From Phyllosticta citribraziliensis (lineage: Eukaryota): a stretch of DNA of 64,000 bases. The stretch's first letter is position 1. The number at the start of each line of letters is the position of its first letter. Positions 11,553 through 22,000 of the stretch are shown piece by piece. Under the pieces are notes generated by a model. The model saw only the letters and a program-made list of their open reading frames with translations. It made no database searches and was not told the DNA's origin. The stretch covers positions 1,674,001 through 1,738,000 of the forward strand of contig NW_027117344.1 in the NCBI RefSeq assembly GCF_038025025.1, written 5' to 3'. The translations under genes were made by a program, and so were the position numbers.

Positions 11553-12652
11553 TCAAGAAACGCCCATGAACTTCAACAGCTTCTTCTCCGTCTGCTCCCA
11601 ACCAGGCAGCTCTTCCTCCAAATACCTCTTCGCAACTATTCCCCCGAAGTTCCCTTCGACATCATCGCAGAGGTCTATATTTCGACGAGGACCGATGACG
11701 ATTGAACGACCTGGCTTGACACTCAACTCCATTTCTTGAATGCTCCGGATGAATACTTACCGTTGATACTGGAATCTTGAGCCAGTCGCATGACAGCTTT
11801 CCGGGCAAGGCTGACCTCGCCAATCGGCATGCTGCATTCCTCGAACATATCCATCCACTCTGTCGTCATGGGCGTCGCGAGGAGCCACGGGGCGAGGTGG
11901 TTTATGCGATGCCCTCTTTGAGAGAATATCGAGCGAGCACTCCGGAAAAGACCGCGCGCCGCATACTTCGAAGCGGTATAAGCAGAAACCATCGGGATAT
12001 CTGTGTATGCCACCATTGAACCGATGAGGATGAGACACTTTGGTTCCGCCGCTGGTGACACAGGCTCCAGTTCGAAGTACTCCAGCGCCAGGCGTGCTGT
12101 GTAGTGGATTCCAACAGCATTCACTGCATATTCGTTCATTGTTGGTGGCTCTGGATCTTGACTCAGGGAAGAAACGAAAGATTGGTCTGGACGGAAAAAG
12201 GGCTCGCCGAAAATGCCTGCGCAGGCGATGACAATGTCGAGCCGACGATCAGGATGGAATTTCACCGCAGCCTTGAAGGCTTCAACCTGTTCCTCCCAGG
12301 AGTTGACATTTGCCTTTGCGAATTGCACACTAACAAATCAGCCCGCTTTCCAATGGGTGTTGAATTCATACCTCAGTCCTTTCTGTTCAAGCTGCAAGAC
12401 AAAATCCCGACCACGTCCCTCTTGAATGTCCACCACGGTGACATGCGCACTAAGCCAGAGTCAGCACTCATCTTGTTGTCAGTCAGTCTCAACACACCCG
12501 CTTTCCGCAAAGGTAGTCGCGAGGTCCGCGCCAACTCCAGAGGCGCCACCTGTGATCAACACATTCTTCCCGACCAGTGAGCTTTCAGTCACCACCTCGT
12601 TGAGATCATCGATGGAGAGCGCCGGTGAGATAGATATTGGTGAGCGAGCCAT
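11553..12652 (-). CDS. Classical short-chain dehydrogenase/reductase (SDR)
   Basis: Exons 12652-12498, 12449-12372, 12329-11761, 11710-11553. Rossmann motif VLITGGASGVG, LDIVIACAGI, catalytic YTASK. Confidence 0.9.
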
Positions 12653-13508
12653 CTCTCGTTCTCTCGAAATTTGCGGTAGGTCTTTTCGAAGCTCAGGCTT
12701 CCTCTGAATATTTATACCCTTGTCAGACGGATCTTTTTGCGCAGTCAGCCCTTGTGCAGCCCAAATCCCTGAAACAAACGACGCTCAAAGGGAGAGTAGT
12801 GTGGCTGACTTAGCCATCCTCAGCCCTGCACGACCTTACGTCCACGCAAAACCAACAAAAGAAGTGTCACCGGGACCGTGTTTTGCAAGCCATCGTGCTT
12901 GCATTGGCCGAGAATGCTGACTTCCCACAAGTGGAAAAGCCACAGGTCGAAGGAGTTGGCCACTGCTGCACCTACTTGCCATTAAAGGCGTAGGGCTTTG
13001 GCTACTGTGAGTGTCACCAGCGTCGGTGGACTGCAGCGTAGGAAAGACAATCAGTTCCAATTCTGGTGCTTGGGAAGCTACTTTTGCTTTGCTTCACAGC
13101 CCCACTGAGTCTTGGTGTATTGGATGTTCCTGATGACAGCCCAGGTGACAGAAGCCACAACACGCCACGATTCTAGAAGCTCGATAGTATTTCTCTTTGC
13201 GAACTTCAACAGATATTGGACTTCGGAAACTTCAAGCTGCTCGCAACAGCAAAACTGAAGTAGATCAGCTTTGGAAGTCCTGTTGCAATTCCGAAGTGCT
13301 GTCGGCAAGCAATCCTGGTTTCCCACCCAAACTCTTTCGCATGCAAAAGCTAAGGCTGGACTGTATCCATGGTGCCAGACGCTCTTTGTTATTTGGCACC
13401 TTTGGTCAAACTATAAGAGCGCCCTCAAAATGTCTTTTTGCGCGCTTTCATTTTTCACTCTTGCACCAAATCCATGAAAACCTGTCACTCTGACTGCCAC
13501 CACTCTTG

Positions 13509-14435
13509 ATGTTACGGCGCAAAATCTGCAGGTCTCGCAGCAACGCTGCCAAGGTCAGTGAATCCCGACCCGTGTTTCAATTCAGTGGCGTCCATATTGA
13601 CTATCATTACCAGAATTACAGCGAGCAAGCCAACCTAGCCCTTCTTCCTGCAGAACTCCTTTACACCATTGAACACTTCCTTGACGACTACGATGCCCTC
13701 GCCGCTCGCCTGACATGCCGTCGACTGCGTGCCATACTTACGTCTGACGAAAATCCCAGGAAGATTACCGACCATTTCGCAAAGGCATACCTGCGGATCC
13801 GACTTGTCGAAGACGCAATCGCGGATGAGAATGAAGGCAAAACCCACCCTGGTTTGATGCAAGTCTGCGAAGGCTGTGTCTATTTCCATGCGAAGGACCT
13901 ATTTGAGGAGGACCCAGAAACGAAGAGGCGCCGTTGTATCGGTGGAAGCCGAGTCTTCCAGCCCTGCGAGCATACATCGTGGGACTGGTTTTCGTTCATG
14001 AAAAGGTCGGGCGACATTGATCTCTGCAAAGATGAAGAATGCGATGTTCAAATTTACAAGGATAGGAGAGTCGACGGCTACATTGCGTGCTGTTGCTCGC
14101 TCGAGGGAAGAGTGGTCTTGGAGCTCAGAGCGCGTGATGGGCCTCGGAGTTTGAACTTCTTCAGCAAGTTCATCTGTGGTTGGCTTGCCGAGAGCGAGCT
14201 CAAGATCTGTTCACACCTGCGAGTAAAAGACTTGGACTTGGAAAGCATCGCCTCGCAGGTGCTTGATGACGACGAATACTGCATAGATGGCACCTGCCCA
14301 CAACAGCATTGTGAGGCGGAATACCGACTGCGCATGAACAAATCCTCTTCCAGGCTTCACTACCCACGACACTTGGTCATCGAGCTCGATGTCTACCACC
14401 GGTTTCTTGTTGGTGCAATGGACGGTCACGAATAG
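13509..14435 (+). CDS. F-box protein with Cys/His-rich C-terminal region, copy 1 (ends at TAG where paralogs have Trp)
   Basis: ATG 13509, phase-0 intron 13554-13613. F-box LALLPAELLYTIEHFLDDYDALAARLTCRRLRAIL, then HPGLMQVCEGCVYFH, CEH, ICSHL, CPQQHCEA. Confidence 0.8.
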   Translation: MLRRKICRSRSNAAKVSESRPVFQFSGVHIDYHYQNYSEQANLALLPAELLYTIEHFLDDYDALAARLTCRRLRAILTSDENPRKITDHFAKAYLRIRLVEDAIADENEGKTHPGLMQVCEGCVYFHAKDLFEEDPETKRRRCIGGSRVFQPCEHTSWDWFSFMKRSGDIDLCKDEECDVQIYKDRRVDGYIACCCSLEGRVVLELRARDGPRSLNFFSKFICGWLAESELKICSHLRVKDLDLESIASQVLDDDEYCIDGTCPQQHCEAEYRLRMNKSSSRLHYPRHLVIELDVYHRFLVGAMDGHE

Positions 14436-15091
14436 CTTGCGATCAGCGAGCCTCGTGCTTCTACTCCATGGTGGAGTAGGTAGGAGCATCCTTGCGCAGC
14501 ACAACTCAGTCTGTATCAAAAGTTCGAATTCATGATCGCGAAAGGGCTCACACGTGCTACAGCCGACGACCAGCCCGTTGTACCTTGCTACGAATCATGA
14601 GATTTTACTACACGAGGAACCTACAAAGATTTGTTGTAGACACTTCCCTCTGTTGTTCCTTCTCTGCCTCAGAGTTGGGGTTTCCGGAGTCAGCGCAAAA
14701 TCAAATATGCCCAATTCGTATATTCATCGGAATAACCGGGCCATGCCCTTCTTCAGTCATGGGAATACTCTCTTGCTGAATGGGCAGGCGGTCTGGTCTG
14801 TGCGTGGCTGGGCGCTGGAGCGCCTTCGAGGCACACAGAGGCATACAGTCACGTGGAAATAAATATATTTGGGCATGCCCAGGCGGCGCACATCGCACCA
14901 ACACCAAACAACACCACAAGTTGAAGGTTTCACCCGCTCCCAAAATCCTACGACCCTCTCTCGTGGACTTGTTCACTTTGGCCAGTCAATCCTGAGCGCT
15001 GCCTCCTCTCATCACTTCAGCGGATCTTGGCGCTGGTCTGCAATACCACCTTCACTTCAGCTACGCCGCACACGTCTGCCAACAAAAAAAG

Positions 15092-16329
15092 ATGGCTTCT
15101 GAAGATGTTACGCTCAATGGGCTGAGCGCACGAACGAGTGAACTGTCGGTTGCTAAGAGGGCCTGCGAAGAGCACGGCATTGTGAGCTCACTCCTTCTCG
15201 ACCTTCCGTCTTCATCTTCTAACATGATCTACAGACCTCTTTGGGCTTAGACGCTACTCGTCAAGTGACCGCACCTCGAAAGTCTGGCGAGCAAGACATG
15301 AAGCTCGGCAAGAACGACACGGCCTCGCCGCCAGGCCTCGACACAATGCCTGCCGAGATTCTCCTCGGAATTGACGACTGTCTCGACAAGACTAGTGCCC
15401 TCTCCCTCCGCCTTGCGTCTCGCCGTATGCAAGAAGTCTTCAAGTATACGGAAAATCGGAACAGCTTCCTCTTCACTACGAGATCATCACGAGCTCTGCG
15501 GCGACTGCTCGTCAAGGATGCGGTTAAGGCTGAGAAATCTGGACGAGTGCTCGTAGAAGATGCACTCCAAGCGGCAAAGGAAGGACAAGTTCATCCAGGA
15601 TTTATGCAGCCTTGTGCTCACTGCAAAGCCTTCCATACGATCGACTGCTTCTCCGCGGAACAGCTTCAGGAACAGCCGGCGCACCGAAAATGCCTGGGAT
15701 ACGAGCGCGTTCTCTACTTTTGTGACCACTGGATCCTGAACTACTTCCAGCTGGCGAAACTTCCTGACGGCGAGCCTCTCCAATGGACATGGTCCGAGTA
15801 TCCCCGTTTTCTCCCCGGCACATCCTTTCGCTGCGGATGCTTTCACTCACTCTCAAAGTCTGAGCAAGAGCTTCGGCCACCGACATCGACGCATCAACCA
15901 CAAGTCCATCGGCTGGAGAACAAAAGCATTCGGGTCACGATGAAGGCCGACTGCTTTCCGGTAAACGCGCGGGGTGAGCTTGATGCCAAAGAAGGTGTTT
16001 TCAGGTGCTTTGAAGAGGACAAGTGGGCGGTATGCCAACATATGCACGCAGCAACTCTTCATGACTTTGTCCCTGAGGATACCTTCTCTCAGCCCATGGA
16101 AGACGGAAAGCTTGCAACCATAAAGGGCATCATAGATGGAAAATGCCGTGCACCACATTGCCGCGCGAAGTTCTCTCTGCATTGGGAGATTGGTGGCGAA
16201 TTCCCAGATGCCTTCTACGAAGCCCATCTCGAATACTCTCGGGAGATCGAAATCTCCGGCATGAACGGACCAGAGTGGCTTGCGAATACTGAGGTCGTCA
16301 ACTGGGAGTTTTACGACCCATCGACATGA
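15092..16329 (+). CDS. F-box protein with Cys/His-rich C-terminal region, copy 2 (intact)
   Basis: Exon 1 15092-15181, phase-0 intron 15182-15234 (GTGAGC..CTAAC..ACAG). F-box LDTMPAEILLGIDDCLDKTSALSLRLASRRMQEVF, then HPGFMQPCAHCKAFH, CDH, VCQHM, CRAPHCRA, MNGPEWLANTE. Confidence 0.85.
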
Positions 16330-16746
16330 ACCCTTCCAGAGGACTCGAAAAGAGACAGTGAAGGTGAAAGGAGGAGGTCGACGAAAGTACACAGTAAGGC
16401 TGACACTGGGTCGCTGAATGAGGGTGTCTAAGGGAACGAGGGCAGGAATTTTCGGAAGGACCCTCGGCGAATATGGAACGGAAGCATGAAGAACGGAGAA
16501 GTGACTGTCGTGGGACTTTGATCTGAGGTATCACAACAAGGCCTGGTAAAAAACGATCTGGGAACACCGTAGGTGTTGAAGAGACAAAAGGGATGGGCTT
16601 GATCGGGAAATGGTGTAGATTCAATTTCAAAAACTCTCCATTCAAAAGACGCCTTTTCACTGTGACAGGAGGCATGATTTCCGGTACCTCATGGACTAGC
16701 TACATTTCTCCTGGCAAACATTGACGGCTTGTGCGTGGAATCCTGT

Positions 16747-16802
16747 TCCGTGCAGTCACCTGAGCTTGTGCGTAGGGGGAACATCCCTCCGTGCAGTCAC
16801 CT
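16747..16802. repeat. 15-bp direct repeat TCCGTGCAGTCACCT x2
   Basis: Copies at 16747-16761 and 16788-16802, upstream of F-box copy 3. Confidence 0.85.
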
Positions 16803-17142
16803 AGGCTAGAGCTTTGGTATTTGAGCAAGCTCCAGCCGCACTCAGCACCAACACTAAGCAATAACAACACCTCGCTCTCGCTCTCACTCTCGTCAGATCA
16901 AAGAACGTCCACAGGAACATTCCCCTCTAAACCACCAGACTGCTCGACTGAAGCGTCACCGATCCAAACCCGTCCCTTGGCTTGACTTGCACCTTGAGCG
17001 CACCGGCGTCTATGTGCACTTTCACCCTCACTTCGGCCGTTTGATCTTGAGCTTGGCTGGGCTTTTCTGAACACTGTTCCAAGCCCTCAAGGCATCGAGC
17101 TCGCCCAAATTCACCGACTTCACTCGCCATTCAAGGGACACG

Positions 17143-18415
17143 ATGCCACGGAAACGAAAGACACCAAAGCCATCTCGATGCGTGCCGGGAGCAGTAAGTG
17201 CAGTGCTTCTTCTGGGTTCTCAGTTCCAATCTTACCTGAGACACAGAATTTTGTCTCGCCAAAGGAACCTACCCCCCGTCACAAAAAGGTCTCCCCCCTA
17301 AAATCAAGCGCTCGTCACGATGTTACCGAAAAACATGCAGACCAAAGTCAGTCTGACAGCCCCGCTGAATCGAAGTTGGACAAGCTTCCCGCAGAGCTCC
17401 TCTACGAAATCGACGATTACCTGGACAACGACGGTGCTCTTGCCTTGCGCGTGACATGTGTCCGGATCCGCGAGGTACTGTGTGGTATTACAAACCACGT
17501 ACGGAAGAAGTCCGAAAGGGCGTTGGTAAAGAAAGTCCTTACGAATATCCTGTACGCCATATTACAGCCAAAGATCGGCTGCATTTGAGGCTCGTCAACG
17601 ACGCGATCCGTGCTGAAGAGGAGGGACGAACATACCCTGGAAAGATGCAAGTCTGCGGAGTCTGCAGCGACTTTCACGACAAGATTTGGTTCTCTGTCGA
17701 GCAGCTGAGCGCACCGCCTCGCGTGCGTGCCTGCTATAGACGGGAACGGAGGTTTCGCATCTGCGAGCACAATGACATGACCTACTATGAGCTCTTGAAA
17801 TTACCGAACAGAAAGGTGTGGAAGATTTATGGGAACACAGACTGGAAGGACATATTTTTCAAGGTCTACCGAAGTCCCCACGGTTCAGTAGTTTGCAGTT
17901 GCGACGTCCGGATCACAAAGACCCTGTCGCTCCAAGCACGGTTGCCTCGGCAGATAGGAAGCCTCATGTTCACCACAAAGCTCCACCAGAAGTTTTCGCC
18001 GGGATGGGAACGGAAATGGGCACCGCACAGCAGAATTCTTGGCGTGCGAGAGCAGGTTTACATGGCTCTCACCAGAGGAGGCTACGTCATTTGCCCGCAC
18101 CTCCAAGAAACTGATCTCTGCAGGCGCAGGCTCAGGACCTTTTGTACGGCCATCATGAAGGACAGAGCGAACTCGGGACCCTCCATACAATTCACTTGCG
18201 AGAATGAGCTTTGCGGCGCTGTATGTGAACTCAGCTGGAATCCGCAAAGGACTAATTTGTGGAGCATTCAATCGGAAGGTGCCGTTCACGTCACGATCCT
18301 CCGGAAGGTTGAAGAATTCGACATGGAAGGGCCTGGATGGTGGTTGACAGTCAGTGAACCGATTGAGCTTGATCAAATCGAAGTCTTGATAGGGCGGGAA
18401 CCGCACCTCTCTTGA
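17143..18415 (+). pseudogene. F-box protein with Cys/His-rich C-terminal region, copy 3; frameshifted just after the F-box (or carries a weak second intron)
   Basis: Exon 1 17143-17193, phase-0 intron 17194-17246. The F-box LDKLPAELLYEIDDYLDNDGALALRVTCVRIREVL is in one frame (stop at 17588). The paralogous remainder (LRLVNDAI..YPGKMQVCGVCSDFH..ICPHL..MEGPGWW) is in another frame. Deleting TG at about 17481-17482 joins them. Confidence 0.65.
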
Positions 18416-19044
18416 TGTCGACGTGTCCAAAAGACAAGAAAGAGACTCAAGAATCACGGACAGGCAGGTGGCAAGATCAAGACAGGAGAAGAACAACACA
18501 TCACAGGCGGTCGGGCAACAAAAAGAACAACGGTACGAAGGCGATCGGGATCATGATTGGAGGTGTTGCAACATGGCATGAGCAAATAAGGAGATTCGAG
18601 TAGGTACTCAAAGGCAGACAAAGGACGCAACACGGGTAGATGGTCAGCTAAGAAGTCAAGCAACTCTCATTCTGAACGAAGAACCAACACGCTCTCCCTG
18701 TCGTTATCGCTGTGTGAGGTGATTGTGCCCCTAGTCTACGCCAAGTTTTACGTACCTGGACTAGACCAACCGCGAAGAACCACGAGATACATCATGCATC
18801 TCACATGGAGCTTGTCTCAGCTCCATGACCCCAGGTGCAAGAGGCGCAAGAAGTATCTCCTACGCCCAATCTCGCCGACTAAGCTTGTCAGTTGACCTTG
18901 TCAAAGACCCGAGGAACACGAGTAAAGCAAATATCAAAATCGATTCAAGCACCCTCTACCCAATGTCTGGAGCAGCAATGAATCAAAGAGTCGTCAACCA
19001 GCCACCAACCTCTCCCCACATTAACACTCCATACTCAACTCCCT

Positions 19045-22000
19045 TCACCACTTCTTCTTATCCTTCTTCTTCCCCTTCTTGCTCTTCTTGTCCTTCTTCT
19101 TCGGCGCCTTTCCCATGCTGCTATCAGCAGCAGCATTCAAGCCCTCGCCACCATTATCAACCTCCTCCACATTATCGACCTCCTCCAAGTCACCTTCCTG
19201 CTCCTCTGCAACCCCTTTACCATCCTCCGCACCATCTTCAGACACCTGCTGACTCGTGTTGTTTTCAGGAGACCCGCCGAAGTTCTCAAGACGGAGTTGG
19301 ATGTCCAGCAAGGCCCTCATACCAGCGAGCCCCGCGATAGCCTTCGAAATAGCGTCCATTTTCTCCCCATTACCATTGGCAGCATTACCATTGGCATCGG
19401 GAGGGACACGGCCGTCGCACTGGAAGTGGCTCTGCTTGTCAGCGTCGATTTCGAAATCGTCGTAGAAGGAAGGGGTTAAGGTCTTGCCAGGCGAGTTGGC
19501 CGCCTCCACCGGCCCATTAGTTCCGTGCGCGCGGCGTTTGCCCGTGCCCTTGAGAAGCTTTTGGCAGGGCGAGAAACACTCTGATGGCTCTTCGACACCA
19601 TCGACGACTCTGCAATTGTCTTGAGACTTCGAGGTTGCTGGATGAGGACGATCAGCAGAGGAAACCTCATCGTTGTTGGAGGTGGTCGTGAGTTTACTGC
19701 TTTGGGCACCGCGCAGGTCGAGGGAGGAATGAGCTTGGTCTCCGCTTGCACCAACTCCGCCGTTGGTATTCAAGCGCTTGCAAGGAAGTAATGGCATCCC
19801 AGCGGTCAGGCTATTTGAGGCAGCGGTCGCATGAACCTCCGCCTCGTCCGATGAATCAGGCTCGCTCAGTTGCACGGGAACTGCGTACTTGGACGAAGCA
19901 GGATCGGTATCGTCCAGCTCTTGCAAAACCCCAATGGCATTGCTGCACAGGCTTTGGAACCGCTGGTCTTTGGATAAAGTATGCGTCGTGAATTTTGGGC
20001 TTGCAACGCGGCCAAGCGGTTTGGGGTCTTCGTGCTGAGCGCGACACTCCACGTGTGTTTCATCCCCAGAACGAAGGTCCTTCTCCTGTTCTTCTTGTGC
20101 TCGCTTCGCTGCTCGCTGCCTCTGCTTCTTTTGCGAGATGTTAGCCCAAGAATTTACATCGAATGTTTAGCTTCCAAACTTACTTTGGCCCTCTCTTTGG
20201 CCCTTTTACTGCTAGTCTGGCTCTGCTTTCCAGCAAGATTGATCGAATCAACATCTGCAGCATCACTGGCACAGGTTTGGGACCCTTCTACGACGCTCGG
20301 CTTCGTGTCGGCCAATGCCACCTGGGAATTTTCTGCATTTGAGGTCTGCAAAGCACGTCAGCAGTCGGTAATGCCAAGCTTGTGATCCGAAAATACCTCG
20401 TCTCTGTTTTCAGATTCCCCGGCTGCGTGGCCTGCAGTTCGAAGAGGTGCTGCTGCGTCGCCTGGTTCACCAGCCGGGGTATCTTCTGCTTTTACGGACG
20501 ACTGTTGTACATCCTCCTCATTCATGAGCTGTTGCTCCGTTTCCAGTCCCCCGTTTTTTTCCGAAATTGTCTCCGCTTGATCGCCAGATTCACTTCCACC
20601 ATCGCTCACAGTCGTAGAGTACACAGTTGAATCCAGCCCATCCGACATGGTCGATCCCAATCGAACGGGCGTACGCCTTTCGCTTCTAGACACTGTCGAA
20701 GACGTCGGCGTTAGCTGAGTGTCAAGCGTTGTTTGCTGCGTAGTCGGAATTGGGACCCTCAGCCTGGAATCAAGTATTGGTTGATGTGACTTGATTTGCT
20801 GATTCTGATTGTCGTTTTGATGAGGTGCAACTTCAGAGCTCAGGTGCTCAAAGAGTACCTGCTGATGTGGTTCAGTCGTCGTTGCCTTCGCATTAGTAGT
20901 TTTAGAGTCGTGCAACGGACCTTTGTGCTGCTCCTTCTTGTTCTTTTTGGCCTTCTTTTTCTTCTGATCCTTCTGGCGGGCAAAAGGGTGAATAGAGCTC
21001 GTCTGCTTGGGACCAGACTTGGAGCCAGAAGCTTCGACGTTGGGCGGGCGCTCCTGCATGGGGTTCTCTGGCATCACATCGAACTCAGTCTTCTGAGGTG
21101 GAGGAGTAAAGAATTGCTCCTCTCCAACGGTGGAATCACTGGCGTTTGACTTGAGAGCGACGTCGTCCTTGGTGGTGCCGCCAGCTTGAGGCGTCCTTTC
21201 GACATTGGGGGCCTCCGTGTGCTCAGGAGAACCAGCAGAGTTGAGCGCCTCAGCAGGCTTGTGAGCATCGTCACATTTGGCAGGCTCTTCGGACTTGGTG
21301 GTCTCGCCAGAGCTGATAGCTTCAGTAGGCTTGGCAGGTCCTTCAGAAATTGGCATCTTGGTAGACGTCTGAACATGTTCAGACTTCGCGATTTCCTGAG
21401 ATTTGATCATGTCCGTGGACTTGGGGGCATCAGAAGAGTCGTTTGGCTTTTGCACATCGGCACCCGAATACTCCTTAGGCGTTGTCTCTACCGACTTGTT
21501 TGTGGGAGGAGGGCCGACGACAGTAGCTGGAGAGGACGCCGAGGATGGGTGTTCATCTCCGTGGACAGTGGTGGTTGGGTTGGGAATCGTGCTTTGCAGA
21601 GACTTTTTGCCATCACGCTTCTTGGGAGCGTGCTGCCTGCCGTGCTTGTCTTTCTTGGTGACAGGGACATCTTCCTGGGCAGTTACAAAGCTCTCATCAC
21701 CTTCAGGCGAGGCTGTGGGCCCTGGTGTGCCCGTCACAGTGGACGGGGTATTCGGGCTAGCCTCTGACTTCTCTGGCTGCTCACCAGACTTTGACTTTTT
21801 CTGAGAGCCCTTCTTCTCGGGAGTCTGGAAATTTGCGGCCGCCTTGGCGTAGCTGGCACGACTGACTGATGAGGGGGTTTGAGCGTCAGAGTCAGCAGTG
21901 GTCTTCGGAGCCGATTCATGATGACCCTGCTCTTTCTTAGCGGTAGATGCCGGGATATTGGAATGCTTGACGTTCAAAGAGCTGGATTCAGAGCTTTGGG

